The notes under the pieces were generated by a model. It made no database searches. It was not told the DNA's origin and saw only the letters and a program-made list of their open reading frames with translations. From the IMG/VR virus record IMGVR_UViG_3300000293_000096, positions 1 through 12,027 of that record: a stretch of 12,027 nt of DNA; one strand, written 5' to 3'. This document shows, one piece after another, positions 11,990 to 12,027 of the stretch (position 1 is the first letter of the stretch; every line of letters starts with the position of its first letter). The position numbers were made by a program, and so were the translations under genes. Source of the stretch: a virus.

Positions 11990-12027
11990 TTTAAAATTTT
12001 TGTTTGTTAAGGTTTTCTTTCTTGTCC
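11974..12027. repeat. Right inverted terminal repeat (ITR), 54 bp perfect
   Basis: The reverse complement of 11974-12027 is identical to 1-54. The inner 16 bp are the GTTGCAACGTTGCAAC palindrome. Confidence 0.95.

Noticed and set aside
1-12027. ITR-bounded, PolB-encoding element read as a transposon-like self-synthesising element (casposon, polinton-like or pipolin) or a linear plasmid
   Set aside because: There is no integrase, transposase or Cas1, and no target-site duplication can be seen because the window ends at the ITRs. A full phi29-type virion and packaging gene set (portal, capsid, tail knob, gp16-like ATPase) and a lysis cassette are present.
1-12027. tRNA, rRNA or integrase/attachment-site features
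   Set aside because: I saw no cloverleaf-compatible segments or conserved rRNA stretches on reading through. All sizeable non-coding regions are under 180 nt and AT-rich. No recombinase gene is present, which is consistent with a strictly lytic protein-primed phage.

Overview
The window is bounded by a perfect 54-bp inverted terminal repeat (1-54 is the exact reverse complement of 11974-12027). It therefore looks like a complete 12,027-bp linear genome of a very small, AT-rich, phi29-like podophage that replicates by protein priming with a family-B DNA polymerase. Strong GGAGG-type ribosome-binding sites, a TTG start on the polymerase, a CHAP plus PG-binding endolysin and a BhlA/UviB-like holin point to a Gram-positive (Firmicutes-type) host. 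I support 15 genes, 14 on the + strand and 1 on the - strand. In order they are: a Zn-finger protein, two holin-like membrane proteins and an endolysin; a phi29 p5-like SSB; a portal (gp10-like) and lower collar; a small protein and the major capsid (gp8-like); a tail-knob N-domain-like protein, the tail knob (gp9-like) and a candidate terminal protein; then the DNA polymerase (gp2-like) and packaging ATPase (gp16-like). A bidirectional terminator follows, and one orphan gene reads inward from the right ITR. The main unexplained signal is a 16-bp perfect palindrome, GTTGCAACGTTGCAAC, which is two tandem copies of the 8-bp palindrome GTTGCAAC. It is present 8 times (5 exact, 3 single-base variants). 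It forms the inner edge of both ITRs, sits 14-24 nt upstream of the first start codon of five gene modules, and lies in frame inside two CDSs. At two copies the variant base covaries with an upstream complementary arm, giving alternative hairpins. Other points of interest are a classical-spacing zinc finger as the first gene, an apparently split tail knob, no separate receptor-binding gene, two ~170-nt non-coding regions (packaging-RNA candidates), and a nearly unidirectional gene layout unlike phi29. All homology statements rest on recalled motifs and remembered phi29 protein sequences. No searches or folding programs were run.
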